Source: Glycera tridactyla (taxonomy: Eukaryota). Taken from it: a stretch of 64,000 bases of DNA. The position numbers were made by a program, and so were the translations under genes. A model generated the notes under the pieces. It was given only the letters and a program-made list of their open reading frames with translations, was not told where the DNA came from and searched no databases. Positions 61,029-64,000 of the stretch are shown piece by piece. The stretch lies in contig OZ286459.1 of assembly GCA_965644265.1 (NCBI GenBank), positions 139,872,001-139,936,000 of the forward strand, written 5' to 3'. Positions within the stretch are counted from its first letter, which is position 1. Every line of letters begins with the position of its first letter.

Positions 61029-62567
61029 ATGAATCAACTAAAATCTAATGGCAAGTGAAGCAGGACAATATTGCTGACAAATCGCTCACATGGATAGGAT
61101 TTTATCTGTTGGGGAACTTTGTCAAATTCGATGACATTTGCACGTGTTTTGGTTAAGATCAGTCTCGGCCATTTTCGCAATGGCGTCTGTAATCGTGTCA
61201 GAAATATATCAATTTCTCGAGAACCATGCAACGAATCAACTAACGGCTTATGCAGGGCGCGAAGAGATAGCCTCCTGAACGTCCCGGGCGTGCCGAAATC
61301 GCGGTCGGACGGGTGGATCTCAAAGTTACACGTCCTTTTCGGGCGGGCTTTTGAGCATTTCATCAACGGATAGCATCTAAAAGTCGCGAAAGCGAATTGT
61401 AATTGTCAAATTCGTTTGCGAGTTTCGTCACTTCGGCAAGTTCCGAGTTCGATCGCCATCTTGTTTGCTGGAGATGAGGAAGAACCTACTGATATAAGTC
61501 ACGATCTCTGATTGGCCGAATCGAGAATCGCGGCGGAATCGACCAATCAGCGACCTACTTTCATGGGGCTCTCGTTGCGAGATGTCAACAATGTGCGCAG
61601 AAGACGATTTCCGAGCATCCGCGCAGGTTGGAACCACGAGGAAGCCGCTCTTACGAATGAATTTATCACGTTTGACTTGTTTTCTAACGCGATTGGACGT
61701 ATATATACGAGTGTTTCCTCAATCCTAGTGACTTTCGTGTACGGACGGGTTGTTTTTCGACAGGGGTGGGTGAATTCGAATTTCACCCGCCCGTTGGGCG
61801 GGTGGAATTTTTCGATGTCTTCGCGCCCTGTTATGGCATGATAAATAGAACAATATTGCTGACAAATCTTCGGCATGGATAGGATTTTATATGTTGGGGA
61901 ACCTTGTCAAATTTGATGACATTTGCAATTGTTTTGGTTAAGATCAGTCTCGGCCATTTTCGCAAAGGCGTCTGTAATCGTGTCAGAAATATATCAATTT
62001 CTCGAGAACCATGCAATGAATCGACTAACGGCTTATGGCATGATAAATAGAACAATATTGCTGACAAATATCCGGCATGGATAGGATTTTATTTGTTGGG
62101 GAACTTTGTCAAATTTGATGACATTTAAACGTGTTTTGGTTAAGATCAGTCTCGGCCATTTTCGCAATGGCGTCTGTAATCGTGTCAGATTCCATGTCAT
62201 AAATATATTAATTTCTCGAGAACCATGCAATGAATCGACTAACGGCTTATGGCATGATAAATAGAACAATATTGCTGACAAATCTCCGGCATGGATAGGA
62301 TTTTATTTGTTGGGGAACCTTGTCAAATTTGATGACATTTGCACGTGTTTTGGTTAAGATCAGTCTCGGCCATTTTCGCAATGGCGTCTGTAATCGTGTC
62401 AGATTCCGTGTCATAAAAATATTAATTTCTCGAGAACCACGCAATGAAACGACTAACCGCTTATGGCACGATCAATAGAACAATATTGCTGACAAATCTC
62501 AGGCATGGATAGGATTTTATTTGTTGGGGAACCTTGTCAAATTTGATGACATTTAAACGTGTTTTTG
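61029..62567. repeat. Minisatellite of ~202-214 bp units (about 4.5 copies), interrupted by a MITE
   Basis: Units start at 61831, 62033, 62247 and 62461 (partial), plus one unit at ~61029-61252. Confidence 0.93.
61253..61830. mobile_element. 578-bp MITE with CAGGG termini and a 5-bp TSD
   Basis: TIR CAGGGCGCGAAGA / TCTTCGCGCCCTG (13/13; 15/16 when extended); TTATG duplicated at 61248-61252 and 61831-61835. Confidence 0.88.
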
Positions 62568-63011
62568 TTGGTTCTTTTGAAATCCAAGATGGCGGTGGCC
62601 GCTTGCGAAGCCTTCCCCAGCTCACGGATCTTCGTTTTCGTTGATATTTGGCTCGAACAAAACCTATACTTGCGTATAAGCCCCCCCCCCCCTTTTGCCC
62701 TGATTGTTTGTCATCAGAAAATGGGCTTATATGCGAGTATATACGGTAATGTACAGAGCTGCATTCAGTTATTCATCAAGTGGGGCCAATTTCAGGCCAA
62801 TTGGCCCCATCTGTAAACAAGAAATTTCTTCCAAAAAAAAATGGTCGTCGATTTACAGCGGAGAGGTGGTAATTTAAAAGAGGAAAATGCATGAACTGGC
62901 AGAGATAAGCGGCCATGAGAGGATGACATGAAAATGAGAGAAATGGGGTAATCAATCAAACTTTGTGGGCATACAAGCCTAGTTTTTTCAGACTACAGTT
63001 GCGAGTTGTAC

Positions 63012-63049
63012 GAGACAGAGAGAGGGAGGGAGAGAGAGAGAGTGAGAGT

Positions 63050-63080
<31 letters not shown>
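63012..63080. repeat. (GA)n microsatellite
   Basis: Read directly. Confidence 0.97.
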
Positions 63081-63099
63081 AGAATGTACGTGTTAGATC

Positions 63100-63560
63100 A
63101 CGTAAAACTGCCAACACGGCGATCGCTAGTAGTGCCCGCATCACGGCTCAATTAGCAGCGGGATTGCGATCATCGTAGTGGCAGTTTCAGTAACTTGACA
63201 TTGCAAACACAGTAATCTCCGCTCATCTGCCATCAGTGTCGCTGCCCGTATCGGGAGGTGTTGATCGGCTCAGTGACTCGAGCACTGGACCCTTGGCGAG
63301 AAACGAGCGAAATACCGGCGAATATGCGCAATATGACTCAGTGTAATGATGAAATGAATTTGATTACAGCAAGTCGTGTATAATCTATGTATAAATCATG
63401 TCAATCCGTTGAATATTCGCAAAAGCACTGGAACTATCGGCGACTGGCAACTTCTCCTGCGCACCGCCATGTTTGCTAGTGATCTCGAACTGTGATTCGC
63501 TGGTTCACTGCTCTATTATGACGTCACGGAGGGGCTTCCCCATAATGGCACTGCCTTTGA
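63100..63560. promoter_or_regulatory. CpG-rich, promoter-like region
   Basis: High CpG density, TGCGCA plus CGCCATGTT (YY1-like) at ~63457-63472, and a perfect CRE TGACGTCA at 63519-63526. No linked exon is seen, so it could be a transposon end. Confidence 0.3.
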
Positions 63561-64000
63561 CCACCGTGTGTCACTTAAAAAAAAATATTTTTCTCTCTCA
63601 ATGTTCTTACGCAGGCAGTCATCTACAATATTCAAATTTAACAGTATTTTATGCAATAACTAATGTTTTTCACACAATTTGCTTATTTTCCATGCAGTTT
63701 TGGTTTAATTCTGATGATTCTATAGCAGCCGTTTACAAACGGCTGCTCACATACTGTGTAAGGAGAACCTAGTCAAACTGCCCCACAAAATGGATGATAG
63801 TATTGTCTAGAATGAGTGGGAATCCCGAACTGAAAACAGTCAAGTCTCTGACTCAAAAAATGGCCAGGCATCTTATCGCATGCTCTGCGCATGGTGTTCC
63901 AAACCCCAATCTCCACTTTCACCCAAAAAGTGGCTGATCCGACATGGACAACACCAAACAAATAGGTGAACTTACCAATGTGCATGCAGGAGATAAGTCC

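Larger units (their letters stand above)
59512..62746. mobile_element. 3.2-kb non-autonomous Tc1/mariner (pogo-like) element carrying nested cargo
   Basis: With flanking TA the termini match at 24/25 nt: TACCATATATACTCGCATATAAGCC and GGCTTATATGCGAGTATATACGGTA. Subterminal GCGTATAAGCC repeats at ~59541 and ~62674. No transposase ORF. Confidence 0.85.

Noticed and set aside
61784-61804. GC hairpin as a rolling-circle origin driving the adjacent tandem array
   Set aside because: It lies inside the TIR-bounded MITE, which inserted into the array after the array had formed.
61034-62444. Repeated ~65-110 aa ORFs (..HKPLVDSLHGSREI..) as a gene array, toxin cassette or CRISPR-like locus
   Set aside because: They are translations of a 202-214 bp minisatellite with frame-breaking indels; there are no unique spacers and no cas genes.

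Overview
Repeat-dense scaffold from an animal genome, probably a marine invertebrate (inferred from the repeat families). It has four N-gaps and no intact host gene. Bases 2.9-27.6 kb are a nest of retrotransposons whose junctions can be rebuilt base by base: a CR1 LINE contains an I/Nimb LINE, which contains an I-tailed non-autonomous element, which contains a second I/Nimb copy, which contains a 12.1-kb CR1-group (Crack/L2-like) LINE. That innermost and youngest element (10361-22504, minus strand) is the main finding. It has three same-strand ORFs: a ~714-aa coiled-coil/RRM ORF1 split by one base in a C12 run, a stand-alone SGNH/GDSL esterase with intact catalytic motifs, and an intact APE-RT ORF2. 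Both spacers carry the same short hairpin with a covarying closing pair, and each downstream ORF is preceded by a splice-acceptor-like sequence. A second notable feature is an I/Nimb LINE family whose 3' UTR looks like the V-SINE conserved domain. The rest of the window is degenerate LINEs, a tRNA-SINE, Helentron/HINE elements, MITEs (one with a 5-bp TSD), microsatellites and a few decayed exons. All family assignments come from motif recognition by eye; no searches were run.
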